Shown here: one piece after another, positions 12,593 through 24,184 of the stretch
How the letters are laid out: the number at the start of each line of letters is the position of its first letter
Numbering within the stretch: position 1 is the stretch's first letter
NCBI GenBank assembly: GCA_965644295.1
Contig: CBFFRP010000162.1
Span: 1-64,000 of the forward strand
DNA length: 64,000 bases
From: Paraphysomonas bandaiensis
Taxonomy: Eukaryota; Protista; Chrysophyceae
Reading direction: 5' to 3'
Translations under genes and position numbers: made by a program
Notes under the pieces: generated by a model
What the model saw: only the letters and a program-made list of their open reading frames with translations
What the model was told of the DNA's origin: nothing
The model's database searches: none

Positions 12593-12709
12593 ATACGATG
12601 GAGGTTTGGTTCACATGAGCGTGATACAGTTGTAGATATATCCATACTAGCTATAGATTGCTCATACATACTTACTGAAGTTATCAGTGGAGATAGAATA
12701 GCTAGTGCT

Positions 12710-14238
12710 ATGGGGCAGGTGTTCTGTCAAGCGATGACACCTGAACAACGGGAAGAATATGATAATTCTAAATTAATTGATAAGAGACTCAAGCAGGAAG
12801 CTGCGTGTGAGTCGGATAAAATTAAACTACTATTATTAGGCACTGGAGAGTCAGGGAAGAGTACCCTCTTTAAACAAATGAAGATACTCTATGGTGGTGG
12901 TTTTACTGACGAGGAATTAAGTCGTTATAAATGGCATATTTGGTCTAATATTGTCGAAAGTGTACACAATGGTACCACTAGCATAACTACTTCCAATATG
13001 TTGTTATTTATACTTTACCTATGCAGTATGTGATGCGGCGCTATCATTTGGATATTCTGAAGAAATAAGTGATCCAGAAGTACTGGCTGCATTTGATAAA
13101 ATGCGATCGCAGCAAAGAGAAGTTGTCGTTGAAATAGATGAAAATATGAAACATGCGATACAGTGTCTTTGGAAAGACCCAGCAATTGTCAAGACATTGG
13201 CACGACGAAATGAATTTCAGGTATGTAGCACATATGTCCACTTGATTTAAACTATGTGTTGACTAATATATAACTTGTATTTATCCAGATTGTTGCTTCT
13301 GCTCTTTCTTTCATTCCTCGACTGGACATCATTGCTAATTCGGATTATGTTCCAAGTGTGGAAGATGTACTATTATCGCGAGTGCGGACAGCGGGTATTA
13401 CTGAAGAATCCTTTGTAATTAACAAAAGGTATGTGCTCAGCTACGTCTGTCAGAGCTGCGGTGTCACCCTTACCTATTAATTTAATTTTGTAATTCTGAA
13501 GGGAATTTATCATCGTTGATGTTGGGGGACAAAAAAACGAAAGAAGAAAGTGGATTCATTGGTAAGTTGGCGGTGTGCTTGGTATCACCAACCCCTTCAC
13601 GTATTGACACTACCATTCTGACTATGTATAATTGTTTCCTAAATCTTACATCCCTGTAGTTTCGACAAAGTAAAAGCCATTGTGTTTGTTGTGGCACTGA
13701 GTGAATTCGATGAGTATTTGTTCGAAGACTCGAGTACAAACAGGTCAGTAAATACAACTGTACATAGTTATTGGTGTAAATATTTTGATACACTATATAC
13801 AGAATGACCGACGCCTTGACTTTGTTTGCCTCAATTGCGAGGAATCCTCACATGAAGGGCGTTTCTATTATTCTGTTTCTCAATAAGGTACGTGTAAAAA
13901 TTATGATGATATATATTATATCCACATTTTTTGTTGTTGATATCTCTCTAACTACCCGTTATTATTGGTTACAGTCAGATTTATTTCGGGAGAAGATAGC
14001 CCGGGTAAATTTAGGAGATGTTCCACAATGGTCGGATTACTCTGGTACCCCACACTCGTACGACGAAGGTGTAGATTACTTCATAAATAAATTCCTTGCC
14101 AGCAACCGGGATAAGACGCGTGACATATACTATCATGTCACATGTGCGACAGATACCAGTAATATACGGTTTGTGTGGTCGGCATGCACTGAAATCATTC
14201 TCAAAGAGGATCTAGACAAACTAGGGTTTGTGTATTAG
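12710..14238 (+). CDS. Heterotrimeric G-protein alpha subunit, multi-exon
   Basis: MGQVFC lipidation-type N-terminus, G1 GTGESGKST, G2 RVRTAG, G3 DVGGQKNERRKW, G4 NK|SD, G5 TCATDT. Confidence 0.95.
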
Positions 14239-15295
14239 TCTATAGAGCGAGTTGTTGTGCCTAGCAGATCTTACATGTGTAAATACCCTGAGTACTCTAG
14301 GAAGTCAACAGAATGTTGTTTACGTATTGCTAGTTTGTTTTCGAATGTCTATCTGTACCTTTATTGCTTTGCGGAAGTGCATCTCGCTCTTATATTAAGG
14401 GGGTAGTCGTGTTCTGTCTTGCAGTAATAATAATCTAATATATATTGAACCCATTCTTCAATGTTCGAAATGATAAAGCTTATATATAGCTATAGCGTGT
14501 TGATTATCGAAATAAGTTCGAGCATCGAAATAAGTCTTATCACTCAATGCCTTTTGCAATTAATCTGTTTGTGTAGAGAAATCTGACATAGTAGCTGGCT
14601 ACACTCAGCTGACAATTGATATTTCACGACTTTATACACTTGTTATTACATACTATACCTCATGACATGAGATGATCAGACACACAGTACACAGCTTACA
14701 ATGATCACAACTAACAACTATGGCGCTGTGGTGCTGTTCACACATTTGAAATGTTGAATTACTCTGATTGACTGTAGATTCTACTGCTAATGCACAGTTT
14801 GGATGGTAGATACATACACCACAGTGTGTGCATATCTTTCAGATCCTGCCTCACTGCAGTGTTATAAACAGGGAGATTTCTATACACATTCACAGGGTAT
14901 CTAGGTATAAAACCACCAATATCTAGATTTATGTGATATTTTTCTTAGTTTTCGACTATAATTCCTGAAATTTCTACCAATAGAATATGCAAAAACGCAA
15001 ACCAATTCTTTCAATCCATCCATTAAACCTCAATGAAAATCCAACCAATAGAATATAAAAATCCAATACAAACCCACATTTTTATTAATTTCTAGTAATA
15101 TTTTCCTTAGTTTTCAATTATAATATCTGAAATTCTAATTAATAATATATAAAAATCCCATCTATCCCTCCTTCTATATTGCATTATTAAACAGCACACA
15201 CCTTCCTTCCTCTATGCATCCACAAGTAGCTACATATATAAACAGCACACACTCACTCATTAAACTCATTCATTTAACCATCATATCAAACTATC

Positions 15296-17491
15296 ATGAC
15301 ACCATATATTATGATAATTAACATGTTATTTGAAATACTTGAATATAAATGTAGTGTATTGTTAGGTATGATTACATGGCCGATAGCACTGATATTAATA
15401 TCTATGGCTATCATTAAGAGACTATGGCATATAGGTACATATATACATATATATACATATATATACAGATATATTAACTAAGATATATTTATAGGTACTG
15501 TATATGATAATATCTCTCATCTTGTAAGTGATGATACCTCAATAATGGATCCATTGTTAAAACTATCAGCTACTGAGATCAGTTATCGTATAAGGGACCC
15601 TCATGATAAGTTAACATCACTTACTATGGTTGAATTATGTATACAACATATCAAAAAAGTTAATCCTTTCTTGCGAGCTGTTGTAGCAACACGATATAGA
15701 GATGCTAGAAAAGAAGCTATGAAAGCTGATCAGGCTGTAGCTGATGGTACAGTACCTCATGATGCACCCTTCTGGGGGGTACCAATTCTAGTTAAAGAGT
15801 GCTTTGAAATACCTGGTATGCCGTATACGGCTGGTATTTATGGTCGTAAAGGGGTAGTTGGTAGTTCACTTGCTCCTGCTTTGCAGAATTTACAGAAACA
15901 TGGAGGTGCTATCATTCTCGGTACTACTAATGTCTCTGAGGCATGTATGTACCACGAAAGTTCTAACCATGTATATGGCACGACAATGAATCCATACGAC
16001 TTTAGGCGCACTGCTGGGGGCTCCAGCGGTGGTTGTGGTGCGGCCGTTGCCGCATGCTGTGCACCATTTGCAGTCACATCTGATGTCGGTGGAAGCACTC
16101 GAATTCCAGCCTTGTACAATGGTCTTTTTGGCCATAAGCCGACTGGAGGCGCTGTGTCGAACGATAACTGCATGCCATGCTGCGGGACAGGAGATATACA
16201 GAGGTACTGTCAACTTGGGCCTACAAGTAAACATGCTGAGGATCTCTGGCCGCTGCTGCAGTGCTTGATGGGGAAACAGCCGAATTCACAGTTGAATAGC
16301 GCAGTGGAGGTAGGTGATGTCTACAATACGTGTTCAAACTCAGTATATTACGACGTTTATGTCATATTCCTATCATGTATGCAAAATGAACTATCATGTA
16401 ATTACAATAAACACTATTGTAGGAGACATTTGACCCCAAAAACCTTGAGGTGTACGTCTTGAAACGAAGCCTGCCTTCATCACTCTTTTCGTCCTCTATA
16501 CACGCTGATATATTGCGGGGCATAGATAAAACTGCTGCCCACCTTCAATCACTTGGTGCCACAGTTCGGTATGACATTGATACCTCATTGGAGCTGCAGG
16601 ACATGTTTACTAATGCTAACGCATTTCAAATATGGGCAGCATTGATGTCCCACCATAAATCGAAGCCTTTCTCGAAAGGTATGTCATGTACAGTCGATAA
16701 TGTTATTTTGTGTGACTGGATTTGCGTGTGATATACAAATAAGTAACTAACCATAATTTTCAGTTATCCGCGAAGGTCTGGATGATGTATGGCTCTGGCC
16801 ACTTGAGTTAATCAAAAGTTTGTTCGACTTGTCATACAATACTTTTCCCGCAGTCGGTTTAGCTGTGCTCGAAGCAATATCTGATATGAAGTTTATGAGT
16901 GCTGAGAATAGTGCCATGAGGGCAATGGGGATGCGGCTTAAGAAATCTTTGCACTCTTTTCTTGCACCTGAGTATGTGGTTCCGAAGGTCGCAAGTGTTG
17001 AGCACGCACCTGTCGCAGACTCCATTGAGTCTGAGTTGGAGAGTACCCCTGAGCATAAAAATATCAACACTTCACGTGTGAAGAAAGAAAAAATTATTCT
17101 CATGCCATCCCTTCCGACTCCCGCTCCATTCCACGGAGAGTCAATAATGCGCATACTGGATACTGCAAACACTGGTTTCTTCAATGTCATGGAGCTACCC
17201 GCCACTGCAGTTCCACTTGGCCTCGAGCGATCTAGTCCCGAAAGACAAACTGGGTGCAGAATGCCCGTTGGTATCCAAGTAAGGCTTGTGTTTGCTTGAG
17301 TTGAAAGTATATACACTGATATGAGTAGCTATTACATAACTTTGTTGTTCTGTAACAATATTGTATGACATCAGGTAATTGGTGGACATGGAAGAGATAA
17401 AGTTACAATAGATATCGCCGTAGAACTGCAGAAAGCAGGAATTGCAAAATGGGAGGCTCCTGTTGAGTTCAATCATGATTTGGATCAGTAG
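15296..17491 (+). CDS. Amidase-signature enzyme, fatty acid amide hydrolase 2-like, with N-terminal TM helix
   Basis: GVPILVKE (Lys), GGSSGG (cis-Ser), SDVGGSTRIPALYNGLFGHKPT (nucleophile Ser), LPATAVPLG...MPVGIQ|VIGGHGRD. The catalytic triad is intact. Confidence 0.9.
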
Positions 17492-17850
17492 CGTGTCGAT
17501 AGCGTGTCCATAGATATCAAAATCACTGCAAGATTTTTTTGGTTAAGGAAGTGTTTCTTCGCCATCCCATTCAACATTGTGTGTTTTATGTTTCAGTCAT
17601 TTTTGATTTGCTGATAATGATGATTGAAGGAAACGTGACACATAGGAGCTATGAACACGGGGATTAGAGTATTTACACCTCATAACATCACAGACATTTT
17701 ATTTTGTCATAAGTCTAGCGTAGTTTCAATTAATAATTACGCTATTCTAAGGCTGTTGAGAAACGAGAAATTATTCAGCATTAATAGTTAATAGAACAGT
17801 GTCAGGTATATCATCATTCTGCTAGTCTCACTACGTTTGCTTTGGGTGAT

Positions 17851-17929
17851 AGAGCGAAAGTGGTTGCACCTAGGTGCTTGCGGTCACGCACAAGCAGCTT
17901 TCATCGCCTTAAGTAGTAGGATATCAGAG
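17851..17929 (+). repeat. Dispersed repeat family C fragment (same as the arms at 47832-47904 and 48514-48592)
   Basis: AGAGCGAAAGTGGTTGCACC...CACGCACAAGCAGCTTTC...TAGTAGGATATCAGAG aligns without gaps to 48514-48592. Confidence 0.75.
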
Positions 17930-18286
17930 TTAAGCACTGACTCGCTCTCTTGCTAATAGTAAGACATTCACTACTACAGATCACTTTCTGTGGGTTCAGG
18001 ATATATATAGTAGCCTCAGCACCACACGTGGTGCCATATTTATATTGTACGGGCATCGCCTTCTATTAATGCGAACTATATTCAATTATGTAACTTCATA
18101 CGCATCGTCAGAATAGTCTTAAGTTGTTTATACTATTACAATTATCGGGAAACACTAGATTTCACTGCTACGATAGAATATAGAAATGAAAAATTGGATT
18201 ACTAAATCATTTTACCTGGTTCCACCGTATTGCAGAGATACACACAAACGTGTATTCAATAATTTCATACACTACTTTCACTGCAG

Positions 18287-19352
18287 TTATTTCCTTCCTT
18301 TAAAGTGATCCATTGACCTGCCGATCTCAAAGTAGTCCGCTAAGTACATCTGCGCGGAGTACGGGAAGCACTTTAGGAAGTACATGGTCGATACCAACCA
18401 TGGCATATAAACCACTGTGTTATTCTTACGGATACCCTGAATAACTCGCTTTACCACATACGCAGGCTCCAGCACAGGGAGGAAGAGATCATTGCTGTAG
18501 ATTGCAAAATTAGTCAAGTATAGGATGGCACATTATGAGGTATATATATATAACATGAGTTGTTATAAAAAGTAATATGCACACCTGGATTTGACACCGT
18601 CAAACATGCCGGTATTAATGAAAAAAGGGTTAACTAATGTGGTCTTAACGCCAAATTTTTTCATAGTATGCAATTCTGCAGCTACAGACTCATGAAATCC
18701 AATAGCTCCAAATTTGGAAGCGCAGTAGTCGGCCAGACCATTAACTCCAATCATGCCTGCAGACGAAGCGACAGTTACCAGGTGCCCGTGATTGCGCTCA
18801 ATCATAGACGGGAGGAACGCTTTGACAGTCCAGAAATGGGAAATTGTGTTCACTTCCATTGTTTTAACCATGTAGGCATCATTATTCTCCGGGTCGAATA
18901 TTTTCTTGCCTGACACAATGCCAGCATTGTTAATGAGCACTGTCACCTCACCAACTTCACTCCGTACACGATCAGCTACCGCATACACTTCATCCTTATT
19001 AGTAACATCAACTTTATATGTTGCAGCATGTCCTCCAGTACGTCTAATCATAGCTGCTGTATCTTCAGCTCCTTGTATATTAATATCCCATAGCACAACA
19101 ATGGCTCCTAGTTTAGCCAACTGTATATATACATACATATAACACATCAGTGATATGATACATGTATTCAATTACCTCAATTGCAATGCCTCTACCAATC
19201 CCTGAACCACCTCCAGTGATCAGACATATCTCTCCTTGTAGAGATTTTGGGGAGGAGAGTAATACTCTCATATGATCATATACTGAGATAGAGAGAAAGC
19301 CTGCTAGTTTAAAAGCAAGTTCAGGGAGAGCTAAAGCGAATTTAACGATCAT
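18287..19352 (-). CDS. Short-chain dehydrogenase/reductase, SDR16C (RDH10/17-beta-HSD11)-like, 3 exons
   Basis: TGGGSGIG, LINNAGI, VASSAG, catalytic YCASK, INTGMFDG; hydrophobic N-terminus. Confidence 0.92.
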
Positions 19353-19449
19353 TTTGATGGGTGAGAAGATGTGAGAGAATAGAGAGAGTTAATACCATAC
19401 ACAATATACATACATATGACAAGAACACACTGACTCAGAACACTCTGTC

Positions 19450-19523
19450 CATACATACATACATACATACATACATACATACATACATACATACATACAT
19501 ACATACATACATACATACATACA

Positions 19524-19553
<30 letters not shown>
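19450..19553. repeat. (CATA)n microsatellite, about 26 units
   Basis: Perfect tetranucleotide array about 97 bp upstream of the SDR ATG. Confidence 0.98.
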
Positions 19554-19554
<1 letters not shown>

Positions 19555-20229
19555 GTATGGTGGATGTGGTATACAGAGGTATACGTGTGCGTATATGGGA
19601 GTATACCTCTGAGTCACTTCGAAGTGAATGTGATGTGGATATATGCATATATGAGTACATGATTCAGAGGCTCTTCTGCCTCCTCTACTCACAGACACGA
19701 GTGAGGACTATCAACAGTGTGTGGGCATAGTGGTGTATAGTGGTGTGTGCTCCTCATGAGGAGAGAGACTCGTATGATCATATGAATAATACCGCAGCAG
19801 ATACACACACATACATACAGAACCCCCACACACATATACATGCATAGACCGCATGGAGCACCCTGAATAGTCATACAACTGAACCAGAAGCGTTCACCAC
19901 TAATGCGCTCCTGAGTGTGTTATTTTATATGGTGTATCTGCATTAATGGAGCTGTGGAAGCATAGTATCCGTTAGAAGACTGTGACGATGTTGTTAGTGG
20001 AGCTGGTGGTGATCATCCATATGAGGACTTCCTCTATAAGGATAACATATGAGTAATATGAGAGTGTGGATGAGTTGTGGGGGTGGTGAGAGTGTATGTA
20101 TGTGGTATAGGGACGCCTCTTACGACCCAACCAGTGAAGAGCCTGTCGACCATATGACTCCTAATGCTGTATCACTCGTAATGATCTGTTGTGTCCTGTA
20201 AATATGACTGAGGTTTACATATATCATTA

Positions 20230-20490
20230 ATCAAGATGTAGGTGCTGTCGTAGATAAGAGATGGATGTATATCGTATATTACATAATGCTATAGCATACA
20301 TCATACATATCCACTTACTTACAACTTATATCATATATTACTATCAGTGTTTATCAGACACTGTAATGTAGAGCTGTTTACTAACCCTTCATCAAGATGA
20401 AGGTACTGATGTCGATGAAAGATGGATGTAAGTGAATCGTATATTACATAATGTTATATCATATCTACTGTCAACTTATATAATATATAC
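20230..20490. repeat. Diverged tandem duplication, period about 160 bp
   Basis: ATCAAGATG-AGGT-CTG...AGATGGATGTA...ATCGTATATTACATAATG-TATA...CAACTTATAT occurs at 20230 and 20391. Confidence 0.65.
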
Positions 20491-20714
20491 ATATATACAT
20501 AAGGTGGTGCTTTTGCTAAGAAATTGTAGAGTTTGATATATACTACTTAAATTTAAATAAGTGTCATTTATCTATTCTATACACATTTCAACTTGCAGAT
20601 TGCATTGTACAAGCTACCGTACGAAACTGTATCCATCTGCTTTACCTTATGAACACTGACGATATGATTCACCACAATTATATCCAGCGCACTAGAAAAT
20701 GTTTCATTACTACT

Positions 20715-21460
20715 AGTCTTTCTTGTCCGGTTTGTGTCGTTGCTCTTGAACAAGCATTGCATCACCTTTCCAGTCACAATGTTCAATTATCAATCAAGCT
20801 ACTGAATCAGATCTACTCATTAAATTCCACATCAGTACAAAAGTACAAAACATGACCACATGAACTAGATATTAGACTAACTGCCTGCAATAGCGCAGGG
20901 AACTATCAACATCATCTTCGTTGCTAAAATAGCAATTCATTTTTAACGGACTTTTACCCTCTTCTGGTTTCATGAGTCCTTTCTTCTTCAGTTCATTGAT
21001 GTCTTTCTCGTAGCCATCTATCGCCTGGATTTGTTCTACGTCTAAGTCCACGTCCAGCTTCATTTCTTAAGGTATATAACTAGACGATGGGGCTTCTATA
21101 TCCCTTAATGTCGGATCTACTAGGGGGGTCAGGTTCACCTTCTGGAATGTCACCTGGGGCCCTTAACTTCCCTCTATCGTTCCTTCGTCAGCCGGTGTGA
21201 ACGTGTGAACAAATGGTCGAAGTAATCAAGATAGATGTCTTTCGGGAATGGATTATTCAAATTTTCATCATCATCTAGAGCTCCAGGGTACGCTGCAATT
21301 TGGCCAACCTTTGCTTGTATGCTGATTTCATTCCTCCTTTTGTTCGTTTCTTCTTCCATTCAGATACATTATCAGCATTGGAGTCAACAGATACAACCGG
21401 CTGTCTACCTCTTCCCCATTGAGGCAACTCTTCCTCCCTGTCTGAATCTGTCTCACTCAT
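20715..21460 (-). mobile_element. Degenerate Crypton-type tyrosine-recombinase transposon (N-terminal half)
   Basis: DGYEKDINELKKKGLMKPEEGKSPL followed, across frameshifts, by FVLMWNLMSRSDSVA*LIIEHCDWKGDAMLVQEQRHKPD, which matches the WNLMxR...HxxWxxD...K segment of Crypton recombinases. Confidence 0.72.
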
Positions 21461-21987
21461 GTTTGCAGTAACTATGGTCGAATATTGATATATACCGCTA
21501 ACGGCTGTCATGTTCCAGGAGAATAGTAGAGTATTCTAACAGTGTTTTACAACTAATAAAGTGGCTATTTCCCTATATAATGTTATTTTTGTTATATAAA
21601 AGTGCCAGTTTTGCGTGAAAGCAAATGTTTCACATATGCATTGAATAAGATTATCTACTATATATTTGTCCGTATTCGAAACATTTCCTTTCACGGGGGG
21701 GGTTTTGGATGAGGAAAAAACCCATGGAGTTTCACATATATGCAGTCCATACATAGATACATAATGTATATACTGTGGCATGAAACTCCGGGTTTTAGGT
21801 TTTTGAGGTTTCTTTCCTTCAGGGAACGTTGGGTTTCCCTTCAGGATACGGTAGTCTAGTGGCAGTACTTTCATGCCAGACTATCCATACATGATTCTTA
21901 TATTCATAATAATCATATATTCCTAGTCAAGCTCTTTTCTTGTCGTCTCACGTAGTTCGACTACAGTATCGATACTTTGAGTGAATT

Positions 21988-22653
21988 ATGGCTAGACGCA
22001 CGAGAAGTGCTAAGAAGGGTGAAGAGGAGAGAGAAGAGGAAGGGGTTCAAGATGATTCCATTGCTTCCACCTCAAAGGAGGAAGGGGAGGCAATAGTCTC
22101 CAGCTCGGAACTTCCAACGCAGAGGGATGCGGAGGAAGAGTCATCGACGACTCCGAACGTGGATAGAGTTGATGAAGGAAATTAGGGGAACCCAGAGGAG
22201 GATTCTGGGTGGGAAGTTGCAACCTGAGCTGCGCTAGGGAAGCGACAGTCGATGAGGAGGGACTGATACTTCCCATGGACTCTAGCTCTGAGAGGGAGCG
22301 CAAACATGACTCTCGGAGTGAGGATAGGGGTCAAAAACTGTCCCGAAGGAGGGAAGTGAAGTCTCAAATTAGAAAAAACAAAGAAAGGGAGGCTTCTAGA
22401 AGAAGCAGGGAAGCTTTTAAAGGAAGGGAAGAGAAGGATTCTTCCAAGAGATCTAGGGAGATATCTCCCTCGTCACTCACTCATATTCGTCTAGTTTGAG
22501 ACTTCACTTCCCTCCTTCGGGACAGTTTTTGACCCCTATCCTCACTCCGAGAGTAATGTTTGCTCTCCCTCTCAGAGCTAGAGTCCGTTGGAAGTATCAG
22601 TCCCTCCTCATCGACTGTCGTTTCCCCTAGCGCAGCCCAGGTTGCAACTTCCC
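21988..22653 (+). mobile_element. GA-rich coding relic (probable retroelement gag/ORF1 N-terminus) with fold-back inverted repeat
   Basis: E/R/S-rich frame with an in-frame stop and a composition unlike host genes; 22211-22372 is inverted-duplicated at 22491-22653. The family assignment is inference. Confidence 0.5.
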
Positions 22654-22666
22654 TCTCCCACCACTC

Positions 22667-22667
<1 letters not shown>

Positions 22668-22697
<30 letters not shown>

Positions 22698-22704
22698 CAT
22701 ACAT
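22668..22704. repeat. (CATA)n microsatellite, about 9 units
   Basis: Direct reading of the sequence. Confidence 0.95.
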
Positions 22705-24184
22705 TCCTGTATCTAGATATACAGTTCCCTCTATGGTAAGAGTATGGCGACTATCCATGCTATCTAGTGTAGTAACTCTTCATTCTCTATCTGATAAGGA
22801 ACTGAGAGTATTACAGTGTATACTGCTATATATGAATCATATACCAGGGATTTAAGCCATATAGCTATATAGCTACACACATGTATGTATATTCATCTAC
22901 ACTCTCTTGTAGGAAACTGTCTTGATAAGTACCTCATGTATCTTCAAGCTGTTAGCTGTTACCATATTCAACAGAGAAGTTTATATGCATAAATATCATA
23001 TACTTTAGTCATATAATTGTGTACAGTGGTATATATATTGACATGTAATAGGAATCTTAGTCATATTTTGGTATATATTATTCAGTTTGATTGAATTACT
23101 TTAATTAGTCACTCTAAATTCAGTGTCGATATTCAGAGTAATAACTATTGAAACCTTGTTAAGTTTGGTCATATATTGAAACAGTTATATTATATTGTAT
23201 TGTACTCGCATAGAGCTACGCATTTCTGAACAATATGAGGACACAGCAGGAAAGTAAAGCCAATGCAGTATAAATCAGAGCTTTCATTCAGCTATTTGAA
23301 GCCTTATAGGTTTCTTTGTGTCGTATTTTCCTTCCACTCTTAATATACACCTTTGAAGTATATATATAATATATTAATTTATTGCTTATCCTTGCAGATA
23401 AGTTTCTCTATTAGTATATAACTCTTCTAGCCGATTTATCATGCGCTCTATATTCTATAGTACCATATCCTGTGGTAATTGTACAGTACAAGAATTTTTC
23501 ACTCCTTCCAGCTGTTATTTTAGTTTTTTCATGCGATAATGGACTGATATTACTTGAAGAAAAAGGGAAGTGTGCAAGCCTTTACACCCCAAACCCCAAA
23601 GAGTTTTCGTTTAAGGAGTGTGGTTACGTAGTTTAAACGTTAAGAATTAAGAAGCTTATATATATGGAGGGATAAGAACATATTGCACATCGGAGTCCAC
23701 TCTCCATACCTCTAATAGCCTAATAGAGGAGTTAAAAAGCTTAGTACGAAAACTTATCATAAAAATAAAATTAACCATTAGATGACACACCACTATTTCA
23801 AATAATGCACCAGCGAACTTGCACTAATTTAACACACCAATTGGAATTGTGAACCCACTCTGCATCTGAGCACTACACTCTACTTTACTCATTGGAATTC
23901 ATAAACGACAAAATGCAAGGCAACACAATAAAAATGGTGAAGTGGATCGATATGCAAGACAGCTGGTCTGATCTGAAACTACATAACCGAATAGGTTAAT
24001 ATAAGTGGGCTATCCACGACACACTTTGGACGCAATGTTGTGTCTCTATCAGGACCGGAACATGGACTCCGAAACAAATGAAAAGGCACGCATGGGCATG
24101 GTTGTCCAGAGGCTCTTTCCTTCACAGCACCATATCTTTAGGGGTGGACTTACAGTGGTAATGTTGCATATGGCTAATATCGCA

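Noticed and set aside
10316-14238. Divergent WD40 and G-alpha genes as a G-beta/G-alpha pair
   Set aside because: The WD40 protein has GNB1L/Asa1 motifs and lacks the G-beta N-terminal coiled coil; GNB1L is not a G-protein subunit.
19557-20200. Short ORFs and exon-like pieces after the CATA array (also 22733-22855 and 57990-58220)
   Set aside because: No recognisable motif or consistent splice model; these cannot be distinguished from decayed sequence.
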